This document shows, one piece after another, positions 10,663 through 21,897 of a stretch of 58,512 bases of DNA. The notes beneath the pieces were generated by a model. That model worked only from the letters and a program-made list of their open reading frames with translations, made no database searches and was not told the DNA's origin. The DNA comes from Asterionella formosa. Lineage: Eukaryota. Location: positions 1 through 58,512 of the forward strand of contig NKIB01013392.1 in assembly GCA_002256025.1 (NCBI GenBank). The letters are read 5' to 3'. Each line of letters begins with the position of its first letter. The first letter of the stretch is position 1. Both the position numbers and the translations under genes were made by a program.

Positions 10663-11557
10663 TTATGCCTGTATCTTTCCATAGGAATCAATAATGCTGT
10701 CAAAGATTGGTTTCATTTCTTGATAACAATGTTCTGGAGTTTGTGCAGTCAAAGTAATTAACACATTCCCAGCTCCTCCTGTTGCACCCAGTGCCATACT
10801 AAAAATGGCCCGGAAATGTGTTTCTGGCTGCTTGGTTGTCTTGACTGTGTAATCAAAGTAGTATGCATTATTCTTGCTTTTCGCACTGATCAAGGCACTC
10901 TCTGTATCTTCTCCTTGTATTTTCCCCCGTGGGAGGACAGTAGCTTGGGCGACCTGTGTATTAAATAGAATGGGTGTGTGAATTATATAAAATGTGATTT
11001 TGTAGTACAACACTTAACATTCGTTGTACACATACTTGGTCGACAGTCCCGAGTGAAGAGATGGAAGTAAAATCATCTCTAATGGGAGTAAAGGCGACAA
11101 AGAGCAATGTCTTTTCTTCGAGTTTGGTTGGATCCATAAAGAAAACAATCTTTCTCCTATCTGGCAAGGATTGTTCACTCTTTTCCCAAGTGGCAGGAAC
11201 ACTAATTTGAAAACCACAAGTCTCATCTTTGTATGTTTCGAACGTTTCTGCTGCAGAATAAGCGGCTGCTTCTTGGGTAACATGTGGAATGAACGTAGTC
11301 GTCAATACTGCAGCTCCTCCGGCAATCCAAGATCGTCGAGAAACGAGATTGTTGGAAGCGCTCATCATGGAAAGGCAATGAGTATGTGGCTGCTTCTGAT
11401 GATGATGAGTGTCATGGCAAGAGACTCGCTGGGCCATGGATGGAACGAGGAGGGTCGTCCTCCTGGCGGATGGAACAAAGGCAAAGGCCGATGCGGAAAC
11501 AATCAACATTCGCATGATCAGAACGAAAGAAAGGATGGTGGGGGTTTGTATCATCAT
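10663..11557 (-). CDS. PsbP-domain thylakoid lumen protein, 2 exons (intron 10954-11035)
   Basis: Signal peptide ending ASAFAF, twin-Arg SRRSWI plus hydrophobic stretch, F.ISVPATW and ISSLGTVDQVA...YYFDY PsbP-type motifs. The GT...CAG intron restores the frame. Confidence 0.85.
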
Positions 11558-13109
11558 TCTTGTCGCAGATTTTAAAGTGAAGAATACTGGGACTGTATGT
11601 ATATTAGTCAATAGTGTAAGAATATTAGATGATAATGCAACGAGGATGATGATGGCAACCGAACGTGAAAGATAGTTTATGTCGTTGGCTGTGTGTGATC
11701 ATGTCACTCAAAAGTCATCCTTTTATCATACACAGAAACAATGATCATATGATACCGGTAACAAATGCTGTATACCGTATCCTCGAATTATTCCAACCAA
11801 AAATAGTACCTGGTACCGTTATGCCAGCAGTAATAATACTGTTCTCTGCATTTGAACCCCTAAATCGAGGTAGGGTTAAAAGATTATATTGAGTCAGACT
11901 AATCAAACACATCATTTTCACGTCTAAAATAAACATGTATAACGCTCAACAGAGCTTTCACCAGTAGACTCCCTTTCCATATGCTTACATACAGTCTTTG
12001 GACAACGTCTGTTAAAGTGTTACCTTTTTAGATGGATTTATATCCTTAGACAAAGAAGACGTTAGACAAAGAAGACTATAGATAGAGACATTTGTTTCAC
12101 TTTAGTTTCTTCTATATTCTTACTATCATTCCAACCTTCCCTTCTTTGAACAAAACTCCACTCAATTAGAATATGATTTTAATGAATCTGTCAGCAACCC
12201 AAATTTATATTTTCACTCTCCACATGTGCTAATTTCATTTTTAAGGATTATGGAATCAACAACTCAATACCAGCTATATCTGTTTTCGTTTTAACAAATG
12301 GATGCAACTCAAAATGCATTTTGGGCCTCAAGACATCAAGAAACAGTGGCAAACTAAGATGAAAACTCAGTTTGAGGGATTGGAGAAAAAAACCCTGTTC
12401 TTTGATGTGTACTGGAAGGCATCAATGGTCTGCCTTTTTTGCGCCGCTATTGCTTTTTGTTGGCCATTCAAACAATGGATTTTGTTGTTGTAAATATTTA
12501 TAAGACCATTTGCAATTAGCTCTTATAGTTAAATAAGAATATTTTCAGCAATGCAATGACAATTTCAAATGTTAACGTCTTCATTCTTTTTGAAATGGAA
12601 CTCTGTCAATGTGTCGCCATTTTCTACTTAGTTTAAATATTCAAACAGGTACTTACATCATGGGAATACAAAGAAAAAAATTCCCTGTTCCACTTCAATT
12701 TTACAACCCTAGCATTTTTTCTCCAAATCAGGGTTGAGCCGGGACCGCAACCTTAGGCTGAAAATTACGGTGCCCGAAATACGAAGATCGAATATTGCGA
12801 ACCTATCATGGCCAAATCTTCGATCTTCGTATTTGGGAAATTTTGTGGCCACCTTATTTTACGGTCCCAAAGATTAAATAGTATGTCAATCCACACGTCA
12901 AATGACCGATCTCGAGAATTGAAATTTATTTCCTACATGAAAATTAGTAGTCTCGTCTGTAGGAATATTATTGTAATTAATTATAATGAAAATCGTCAAC
13001 ACTCAATGCTCCATCATCATTGTTGCTGCTGTTGTAAGGTGATCTGCCTTCACATCGGCCTATCTCCTTTCTCCTCTGTTCCCACCACCAGCATCTCCTT
13101 ATTATCAAA

Positions 13110-14432
13110 ATGTCGACTCAAAGGCCAACGGAATACTCAACTGAGGAGGAGCATTCCTTTTGCGACCGTATTCGATATTGGATAGGCAACCCCATCCAAG
13201 TGCACATGCTTCGAAGTGAGCAGATTGCCATTATATTTGCTGCTGGTTGTGAACTTCAACACAGGTTTGCATCTAGGGAGGAGAAGAAATTTCGAGATAT
13301 CATGGCTGAAGCGTATTTTCGAATTCTGGATGAAGACCTCCTTGAGGAGGATATGTGCAATACCAACATAAAAGTCAACTGCGATATACATGGGAGTCCG
13401 AGGATAAATCGAGCATGACTGGCGATACCTTATGGAGAAAGTGGCAGGAGATTAGAAACAAACTTTGCAACAGTATCATTTCTACTTCAAACATCGCTCG
13501 CCCAGGATTTGCACAAACTCCCAAGTGGACAAGGTTTGAAGGATGCATATTTCAAATTTGTCTGCAATATTTACAAGCAAAGATTCCAAAAGAAGAATCC
13601 AATGTGTCAAATCATGATTGATGGAGTAGATCTATCTGGTTAATCAACCAGCACACTCGAAATCATGGTTGTTCCAAGCCCACCCAATCATTGGGAATAC
13701 AGGGATCCAACTTTGTGCTATTTGCTTGCTTAAAGATTTTTCGGAAGAAATTACAAAAATGGTTCCAGATTTGAAAGACAGTGATGTTGTAAATATAAGT
13801 CGACGAAGATGCTGCTGGCAGATCGCGAAGAGAAGAGGCATAAAGAGCATGGAAGGAGCAGCAAACGAAAGCATCTTCATGATAATGAATATTCATCACA
13901 AAGCAAACAGAAAACCCCATTCATGATGGATATGTCGATGTTCAATTTTCGAGCAGCACAAACTCGAAAGGGAAAAGCTGATGAGGTTGTTGCTCATCTT
14001 GATCTATATGAGAGATTCAAGCACAGACTCCCTGAAGACAGATATCATGCAGCTGTTTTGAATTGTTTCGATAATCTACCTTCCCTACAAACTTATGATG
14101 TTGAGAGTACAAGTGTTTTGACTGACAAAAGTGTTGTCAGTGCATCAAGTGTCTTTGGAAATGAGCTCACTCCAACAAATACAACCCCAATTCCCTCTTT
14201 TTTTCGTAATGATGAGCAAGATAAAGATCCAGGCCCAGGACTTGTTGGAGGCATTTGCACTGACTGCCAAGTCCTGAACAGTGAACACCTTTGCATTGAT
14301 TTCAAAAAAAATGTATGCTCCATTTGCTGTGATGGTTTTCGAAATCTACAGAATATTTGGTGTTGTGGTGCTTGCTTTTCTATGCACAGCTCTGATGTTC
14401 AGGAACTAATTAGGCAACATAAATACTCATGA
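13110..14432 (+). pseudogene. Transposon accessory ORF (Myb/SANT-like segment plus C-terminal Cys-rich zinc-finger-like region), frameshifted
   Basis: Chained ORFs 13110-13418, 13355-13621, 13669-13926, 13809-14432; TGDTLWRKWQEIRNKL helix; CTDC..HLC...CSICC...CCGAC tail. Confidence 0.6.
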
Positions 14433-14452
14433 ATATATTTTACTAATATATA

Positions 14453-15210
14453 TTAAGCTATCTTGCCAACTTGCTTGTTACATATTTTACGAAATTCGTC
14501 ATAATGATCAACAAGTAGTTGAAATCTATTCCACCATTGACTTTGTTTATCCCGTAACATGCAATTCCTTGCAGTCACCTCGCACAGTATGCGCAATATG
14601 CTGTGTGTCAGAACTTTTACAGTCAAGGTAACCATCGCTTTCTAATAGCTTTCTAATAGAATTTTATGGAGCATACAGCATGATGTGAACGTATTTTCGA
14701 CATGCTCAGGTCGAGACAAGTTGTTCCAGTTCTTAAGAAATAACCATCGGCTTTTCAATATACCAAAAGTACATTCAATATCTTTTCGAACAGACTCCAC
14801 CATCATACCCCATGCCCTTTCTTTTCCATGTTCATTGCCATATTTAATTGGACAAATCAACACTGGCCATCGTAGGTACCCTCCATCACAAATGAAATAG
14901 AAGCTTTTACAAGTAATAGTAGACGTGTTAGGAACTTCTTTCACCAACATGACTCTTCCCTTGACATCAGAGGTTGTTTCTTTCTTTTTCGCTTAGCAGA
15001 TGTTGTTGGATGGCGATTTCTGTTGGACGGCAATTGCTGATTCCCTCTTTCAGATTGAACTTCCAAATGGAACTGAGAAACCAGCTCATTTCGCAATGCA
15101 GCTGGCAAGGCTGCTGGTAGTTGCTATGACAACCATTGTTGCTTCCATGGCTGCACACACTGTTGATAATGTGCCAGGAAGGTTGACGATAGCGTTGGAG
15201 GAGTTGTCAT
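14453..15210 (-). pseudogene. Harbinger/ISL2EU-type (DDE_Tnp_4/Plant_tran-like) transposase with internal deletion and stops
   Basis: FICDGGYLRW, ESVRKDIECTFGILKSRW, CCMLH motifs. The N-terminal frame MTTPP...KRKRKK...SCW*KKFL abuts the C-terminal part, so the central region is missing. Confidence 0.8.
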
Positions 15211-15773
15211 GTTACAAATTATTATTATCATAGTAAAAATATTAAAAGTAAGAATTATTGTATTAATAATATGTAATAATAATGACAATAATACTACAAT
15301 AGAAGTATCAAAGTATCGAATACTATATCATCAGTATATGTGATGACGATTATAAATTGTTTCCGCTATTCTGATTGGTGGAGACAATCTTCGTTTGTCC
15401 GAAGATTACCGGTAATTACTTCGGGAAACTAGGATTGTTCAAGAAAATACGAAGATTGGGTAAATATCGGGGATAACCCTCGAAATACCGGTATTCGGGC
15501 GAACGAAGATTCATCTTCGAATCGGGGGGGGATTTGCGAGTTATTTAGCCCGTAAGGGACGAATCTGGGCTACTCAATCTTCGTAATTCGGGCACTGTAA
15601 GACTGACCAGATTTCTTGGATTCATAACTGTCCATTTCGAAACTAACTGTCCGTCGAGTTGGCCGCATACTATCAGCTACGGTGCAAGAGAGAGAGCGGG
15701 CGATGCTTTACTCAGCCAAGACTCCGCCACATTTTTCTTATTCAGCTGACAGCACACAAAAAATCAAGAACGA

Positions 15774-15847
15774 ATCGAACAAGCATTAGTTGCCGCAACA
15801 AGAAAAATGATCGAACAAGCATTAGCTGCGGCAACAAGAAAAACGAT
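15774..15847 (+). repeat. 36-bp tandem duplication at the PAP2 5' end
   Basis: ATCGAACAAGCATTAG(T/C)TGC(C/G)GCAACAAGAAAAA(T/C)G occurs twice. Confidence 0.85.
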
Positions 15848-16637
15848 GGATCTTGGAATGCTTATGCGGTAAGAAGCTATCAGATATTATGAAGAAGCCC
15901 CTGTGTGGTATACGGTTGCGAGCGATGGGTGCTACAGAGAATCTGCTCTCGAATAATATACCTAATAAATCTCATTTGTTCTCATCAACGTGTCATTCAG
16001 GGATCCGTTGATTTCATATGTTGTCATCTGCTTTTGCTTTTGTGTTCTTGGAAATACTGTGTTCAAAATTATATCACTGACTTTTCCACCTACGTCAACG
16101 AACACAACTCGACCAGAACAAAACCATCAAGAGCATCCAATTCCCAAACCAAAAGAATTGGTGTCTAAATTCAAATTGTTTCTGCTTTGTGGGATCATGC
16201 CAATTATTTGCTTTCTTATTGCTGATTGGTGGTTTGTCTATCCCTGTGACAGCCTTTCGAGATGTTGCACGCTGTTTCTAGCCATTGGATTGACAGGGGG
16301 GTTTACCGACCTTCTAAAGCTGTGCTTTCCCAAAAGACGACCCAACTTTATGGAAATGGTTGATTTCGATCCCGAAGATGCAATGATGTCGTTTCCTAGT
16401 GGGCATAGTGGCCTCGCAAGCACTTCAATGCTTCAAATATCATTATGCTTTGTGGGAAAGAATGCGCCATATTGGCTCACGTTTTGCCCAATGTTCGTTG
16501 CGTTCCTGGTTGCATGGACTCGAGTCCATGATAAATGGCATTATCCAGTGGATGTTTGTGTTGGTGCTGTCATTGGCATTGCTTCTGTTATTATAACTAA
16601 TCAAACATGGTATGTTATCCAATGTGATATCGGTTAA
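15807..16637 (+). CDS. PAP2-family lipid phosphate phosphatase; probable intron 15869-16000
   Basis: KLCFPKRRP (C1), PSGH (C2), TRVHDKWHYPVD (C3) and several TM segments. The GTAAG...CAG intron joins MDLGMLMR to DPLISY. Start is 15807 or 15846. Confidence 0.85.
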
Positions 16638-16995
16638 AACCACAAGTTCGGACTATATTAATGTGCAGAAAACAGTCTGCCCATCAGCCATGAATGATGT
16701 ACCACAAGTAAAGATGAGTACTCACCTGGTACCGGTATACCATCGATTACAAAAAGAAATCAAGATATGATAAGAATCTATACCGGTCGAATGTACGGTA
16801 TACTGCTGGCATTTAAAATATATATTATTTGTGTAATATACTGTGCCTTTTATGTTATCGCAGGTACACGGTGCGTATATCAGCCACACCACATCATCAG
16901 ACAGGAACAGTATACAAAAGATACTGCATCCGCCATCAACTTCTAATACAAGCATGCTCAAGTGCAAACGAAATTCACAAAATAACACCTTGGTG

Positions 16996-18015
16996 TTATA
17001 ACAATGGCGCTTGTTCTGATTGTGTCACATCATCATTATTGTAGTCATCTTCTGAATGTGGTAGCAATGATGGTTGCCCCGTTGTCGTTGTAGTCGTAGT
17101 CTCAGTTGTAGTTGCATTCGTTGCCTTGGACTTTTCCTTGTTAGTTGATGATGATGGAACCATGGTCATGGAAATGAGCCCACCTTCTCTACTTGATTTC
17201 AATTTCCCAATGATTTCTCCTTTTGGTCCCACAATTTCTTTAATTTGATTCAATGTTTTGGTCAAAACATGTTCATCATTTGCCAATTTAAATTTGGATG
17301 CCATTAATGTCAACTGACAATAATGTCCCTTTTCTAAATATTTCAAAACATTTTGTGCCTTGCGCTGCAAATCATTGTCTCCAATACCAGCCTTGAATTT
17401 AATTTCTTTCATTGGTAATGATTGTTGTTGTGGCTTTCCCGAAGTAGCGACTCGTTTTCCATTATAATTTAGTGTTGTTGTTTGTTCTTCTGATTCTGAT
17501 TGTCCTTTCTTTTGACTCGAGGAGTGTTGTTGTTGGGCTCGAAGGACTGGTGGATCTTGTTTCAATTGAACCCCAAATAAATCCAAATTCCATTCTAGAC
17601 ATGTTTGTATGGCGTGCTCCAACGTACAAATCGTCATTGGTTCTCTCCCTTCCATTAGACCACGATCCACCACCAAACGTACTGTAATGGCAGATGGTGG
17701 CAATAGTTGTCCACTTTGTTTGACTAATTCTTGAATCAGAGCGGCATTTTTCAGTGGTTGATTATGGTTCCGACGAGACGAAAATTGTCGTTGATGTTGC
17801 TGCTGCTGATGCTGTAATAATGGTAGTGATATGGTTGCTGTCGAGTCTCCTCGATACAGCAGAGGAGTAGGAGCAATAGTATTATAGTGCCGATTAAGAA
17901 TTGTTGTGCTCGTGTTTCTGAATGCCATTGTTTGTAGCGAATGGCTTTCACGGACAATCAGGAGAGACTTGCCACAGAAGGAAGATGAGGAGGAGATGGT
18001 TCGAGTGAGCATCAT
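16996..18015 (-). CDS. Organellar (probably mitochondrial) translation initiation factor IF-3
   Basis: Ser/Arg-rich N-terminal presequence ending near RQFSS; IF3_N-like LDLFGVQLKQDPPVLRA; IF3_C KEIKFKAGIGDNDLQRKAQNVLKYLEKGH. Confidence 0.85.
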   Translation of the reverse strand: MMLTRTISSSSSFCGKSLLIVRESHSLQTMAFRNTSTTILNRHYNTIAPTPLLYRGDSTATISLPLLQHQQQQHQRQFSSRRNHNQPLKNAALIQELVKQSGQLLPPSAITVRLVVDRGLMEGREPMTICTLEHAIQTCLEWNLDLFGVQLKQDPPVLRAQQQHSSSQKKGQSESEEQTTTLNYNGKRVATSGKPQQQSLPMKEIKFKAGIGDNDLQRKAQNVLKYLEKGHYCQLTLMASKFKLANDEHVLTKTLNQIKEIVGPKGEIIGKLKSSREGGLISMTMVPSSSTNKEKSKATNATTTETTTTTTTGQPSLLPHSEDDYNNDDVTQSEQAPLL

Positions 18016-18692
18016 TTCATGGAGAAATGGTTTAGAGCAGAGAGAAAGAAATGAAAGTATATACTAGCTAGCTATTATAGACAGAGCGCAACAGAGACGA
18101 CGAAGCAAATAGTATCAAGACGAACCATTTGCTTTTTTCGTCGCATCATCACAACCAAGGAATGCATTACCGGTACCTGGTAGTAGTACATTTTAGTACA
18201 TACCGGTATGTACTCAGTATTACAGTACCGGTACGGTAGCATGCATGCTGCTGTCCCCCAATGACATCATCATCCAACATGGATCGGAAGAATCTTTATT
18301 TAATTAGCAAAACAATACGACAGTACATACAGACACATCATGGGTGTCTACATACTGTACCTGGTACCTGGTACCAGGTAGTTGATTTACTGGTAGTGCG
18401 AAGGACCGTCTGTTCGCAGTACAGACGAGTACATAGGACGGCCAACCAAAATAAATCTTCGAATAATCAGCATGGCTGATGGCTGTTCAGGATTTTATGA
18501 TTGTCAGATTGCATACCGGTACCGGTGCGTACCGGTATATAATCCTTTATTTTTGTGGCGCTCCATCATGCTGTTGTAACCACAGTTAGTTATATACATA
18601 CCCCTTGCTTTGATTGTAACATACACACACAGTCACACTTACCGGTACTCCAGAGACGATTAATAGTATTCGCTAGACAAATTGGTCGCATC

Positions 18693-21600
18693 ATGGCAGC
18701 AGCAGCAGCAGCATCTGCAGATGGCAAACCCAAACGACGACGAGGTCGTCAAGGCAAGCAAGAAGAAAGCAAGACCACCACTAAAAATAATAGTAATAAA
18801 AAGGCGTCAAGCATGAACAATGGTGGTAAAAACAACGACAGCAGTAACAATAACAACAGCAAACACAAATCCATGATGATTTCCATCCAAAACACAACGT
18901 GGTATGACTATTGCAGTGACACTCCAGGTAGAAATGCTACAACATCCACTCATCCATCACCAACAAAGGGACAGTACAACACTCCTGCCATGATACTCAA
19001 ATTTCAAAACAAGGCAGATGAACTCATGAGAGAAGAAGTTGCGTTGTTGTCATCGTCCAAGGACGAAGCCTGGGTGGAAAGTACCATGAAAAAAGGAACT
19101 CTCAAGGATAGAATTGCTGCCATGTCTGTCCTTGTAAGTACTCATCCAATTCACAAGCAAACGGCACTTGATCAATTGCTGGACCTGGCTGTTCATCAAG
19201 CAAACACTCGAGTCGCACAAATGGCTGCAGAAGCACTGGAAGATTTATTTATAAACACTCTTTTAGTGCCCACTCGCAAGTTAATTCCCATGCAACAACG
19301 ACCGATATACCTGTACGACACTGCCAATACTACCATATCACCTCGCATATTACTCCTCTGGAGGTTCGAAGACTTGATGATTAGCAAGTACAATACCTTC
19401 ATTACGGGATACTTGCAAGCGACATTCAAAAATGGCATGGAAGTATCCAAATTGTATTGTCTCAAATGCGCATCCCGCCTCCTACGAGGCACACCACAAG
19501 GGGAAGACGTTGTCCTATCCATGATGGTGAACAAACTCGGAGATCCAGACAAAAAAATTGCGTCCGCTGCCGGACACGAATTACGTCGGGTGTTGGAACA
19601 GTATCCCTCCATGCAAGTGGTCGTGGCACGAGAAGTACAACAACTAGCACATCGACCAGCACTATCACCCAAAGCGTTGTATCATTGTATTATCTTTTTA
19701 AATCAATTGACCTTGTCGACAAATGAACAAAATGAATTGCCAGCATCATTGATTACAACGTACTTTAGACTATTTGATGTTGCCACGAAAGAATCAAAAA
19801 GTACGAATAATGATGGCATGTTGAAAGGACGATTGTTGGGAGCACTCTTGACAGGAGTTCATCGAGCTCATCCATATTTGACCAATAACAATGCAAATGA
19901 TGCATTGAATGCTCACATGGACCAACTATATCGACTGGTACATACTGCACCTCCTAGTGCTTCGACACAAGCATTGCTATTGTTATTTCATGTGGCGGTG
20001 GGAAACAACAACAACAAGCAACAACAACAACAGACACCAGGTAAAACTAGTTCTAGCAACAGCAAAAATGATGATGATGACGATAAAACAAAAATCGCGG
20101 ATCGATTCTATCGAGCGTTGTATGCCAAACTTGCCAGTCTATCGAATGGAAAGCATTTGACCATTTTTTTTAACTTGCTATACAAGGCAATGAAGTATGA
20201 TGTCAATGAAACAAGAGTTATTGTGTTTAGCAAGCGATTGTTGTGCACGTGTTTGCATGCACCTGCACCCATTGTTGCAGCGTCGTTGTATTTGGTAAAT
20301 GAAGTTATGAAAAGTCACCCAACCTTACGCATGTCCTTGACGCAAGCATTGGAAACAGACGCCATGTTGGATGCTACCAAACGAGAGCCGAAATCGGCAT
20401 TAGTTATGGGCGATGATGGCACTACAACAACGATAACAGCCGGACTATGGGAAGATCAATTGCTCCAACATCATGTGCACCCTTCTGTATCTAAATTCGC
20501 CATTACTTTAGGGCAGATTGAGTACCAAGGCGATCCACTCAAGGACTTTGGTCTTGCACCCTTTTTGGACAAGTTTGCATACAAAAATCCAAAGAAACAT
20601 GTTGTGAAGAAAGCAGAATCAATTGCGGAACGACATTCATCAGACGGGCAACAACCATTGCCAGTCAATGACCCATCCTTTTTGACACAACGTGACGTTG
20701 GTGAGGACGATGTCTTTTTCCAGAAATTCTTCAGGGAGCGTGCTCGCCGGGATACGTTGAAGGGAATTGTTCGACATAAAGGGATGGACGATGATGAGGA
20801 CGATCGATACAAGGAGAAACGACGTGATGAAGACGAGGCTTTTGAAATGGCCGAAGGCGCCGATGCTGATCATGCTAGGATATTGGAAGAAGGATGGGAG
20901 ACGGATCCCGAAGAGGAAGATTTTGTCGACCACCTTGCGGAGCAACTCATGGAGAACCATGCTGCGACGACGGGAGGAGATGCTGTTGACTTTGACGACG
21001 AAGATCCTGACATGGAGGGATGGGATGATATTAATGACGAAGATGTTGATGTTCAGGACGACATTGCAGATGGCGATGACGAAGATGATATCAGTGAAGG
21101 AGTCGAATCTTCAGATGAAGATGAAGATGAAAATGCAGGACCAATGCATATTTCTGAAATTTTCAGCGACGAAAGCGACGGGGAGAGCTCAGAAGTTATT
21201 GACAAAGACAGTGACGACGACGACACTTCTGAATGTGGAAATGACATTAATCCTGACGTAGATGACGACGACTTTATGGACGATGGAGGTGACAGTGATA
21301 GTGACGAAATGCCTCACTTTGAGGGTACGACCGGTTCCAATGACGACAGTGACAGTGATGAAATGCCTCATTTTGAAGGCAAGGCCGATTCCGACGACGA
21401 CAGTGATGACAGGCCGGACTTCAGGGGCGGAAACACTGCGTCCGACGAAATTTTGGACAATGCTATGTTTGGTTTCGAGGACTCGGAAGATGATGACGAC
21501 GAGATGGAACAACCGCCACCAAAAAAGGGCAAGAAGGCAAAGAAAGGTGAGACTGAGATTCAGTTCAAAGAGAAGAAAAAGAATAAGAAAGGCAATGTTG

Positions 21601-21779
21601 ACGAAAATGTCTATGCTGATGCCAGCGAATATGCAGAGTTGCTAGCCAAGGCCTATGGTGAGCAGCTACCCTATGAGGACAATGAGCAGGCCGAAAAAAA
21701 GCAAAAGCAAGAAGCTCCATCTTCCGCGGGATCAGAGAAGAAACGAAAGCGAAGAAAAAAGAAGAAGCAAAGTAGCTAG
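18693..21779 (+). CDS. CEBPZ: CBF/Mak21 (CEBPZ/Noc1) ribosome biogenesis factor
   Basis: KGTLKDRIAA, VNKLGDP, GALLTGVHRAHPY, DRFYRALY, HPSV..FA, Y.GDPLKDF.L..FLDKFAYKNPK; long acidic region and basic C-terminus. First ATG at 18693. Confidence 0.92.
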   Translation: MAAAAAASADGKPKRRRGRQGKQEESKTTTKNNSNKKASSMNNGGKNNDSSNNNNSKHKSMMISIQNTTWYDYCSDTPGRNATTSTHPSPTKGQYNTPAMILKFQNKADELMREEVALLSSSKDEAWVESTMKKGTLKDRIAAMSVLVSTHPIHKQTALDQLLDLAVHQANTRVAQMAAEALEDLFINTLLVPTRKLIPMQQRPIYLYDTANTTISPRILLLWRFEDLMISKYNTFITGYLQATFKNGMEVSKLYCLKCASRLLRGTPQGEDVVLSMMVNKLGDPDKKIASAAGHELRRVLEQYPSMQVVVAREVQQLAHRPALSPKALYHCIIFLNQLTLSTNEQNELPASLITTYFRLFDVATKESKSTNNDGMLKGRLLGALLTGVHRAHPYLTNNNANDALNAHMDQLYRLVHTAPPSASTQALLLLFHVAVGNNNNKQQQQQTPGKTSSSNSKNDDDDDKTKIADRFYRALYAKLASLSNGKHLTIFFNLLYKAMKYDVNETRVIVFSKRLLCTCLHAPAPIVAASLYLVNEVMKSHPTLRMSLTQALETDAMLDATKREPKSALVMGDDGTTTTITAGLWEDQLLQHHVHPSVSKFAITLGQIEYQGDPLKDFGLAPFLDKFAYKNPKKHVVKKAESIAERHSSDGQQPLPVNDPSFLTQRDVGEDDVFFQKFFRERARRDTLKGIVRHKGMDDDEDDRYKEKRRDEDEAFEMAEGADADHARILEEGWETDPEEEDFVDHLAEQLMENHAATTGGDAVDFDDEDPDMEGWDDINDEDVDVQDDIADGDDEDDISEGVESSDEDEDENAGPMHISEIFSDESDGESSEVIDKDSDDDDTSECGNDINPDVDDDDFMDDGGDSDSDEMPHFEGTTGSNDDSDSDEMPHFEGKADSDDDSDDRPDFRGGNTASDEILDNAMFGFEDSEDDDDEMEQPPPKKGKKAKKGETEIQFKEKKKNKKGNVDENVYADASEYAELLAKAYGEQLPYEDNEQAEKKQKQEAPSSAGSEKKRKRRKKKKQSS

Positions 21780-21897
21780 ACTCCCTGGTAATATTACAGA
21801 AACAACACGAAAGAAATTCCTCACGATTGCGCTACTTGTGAAACTACATACGAATGATGTGCTTATACACCATCATAGGACTCTCTATAAAAAAAGG

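Larger units (their letters stand above)
12768..15597. mobile_element. Decayed two-gene DNA transposon of the PIF/Harbinger-ISL2EU group, flanked by TA
   Basis: TIRs CGGTGCCCGAAATACGAAGAT (12768) and ATCTTCGTAATTCGGGCACTG (ends 15597), 2 mismatches, TA on both sides. Repeated CGAAGAT subterminal motifs. Convergent accessory ORF and transposase. Confidence 0.85.

Noticed and set aside
11855..12760. Possible piggyBac-like ends (AACCCT/AGGGTT) around an AT-rich segment
   Set aside because: Matches are short and no consistent TIR/TSD pair was found.
18555..18692. N-terminal extension of CEBPZ in the ORF track
   Set aside because: Begins at a non-ATG codon; the first ATG is at 18693.
21290..21385. 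DSDSDEMPHFEG duplicated in the CEBPZ acidic tail
   Set aside because: Ordinary slippage in a low-complexity region.
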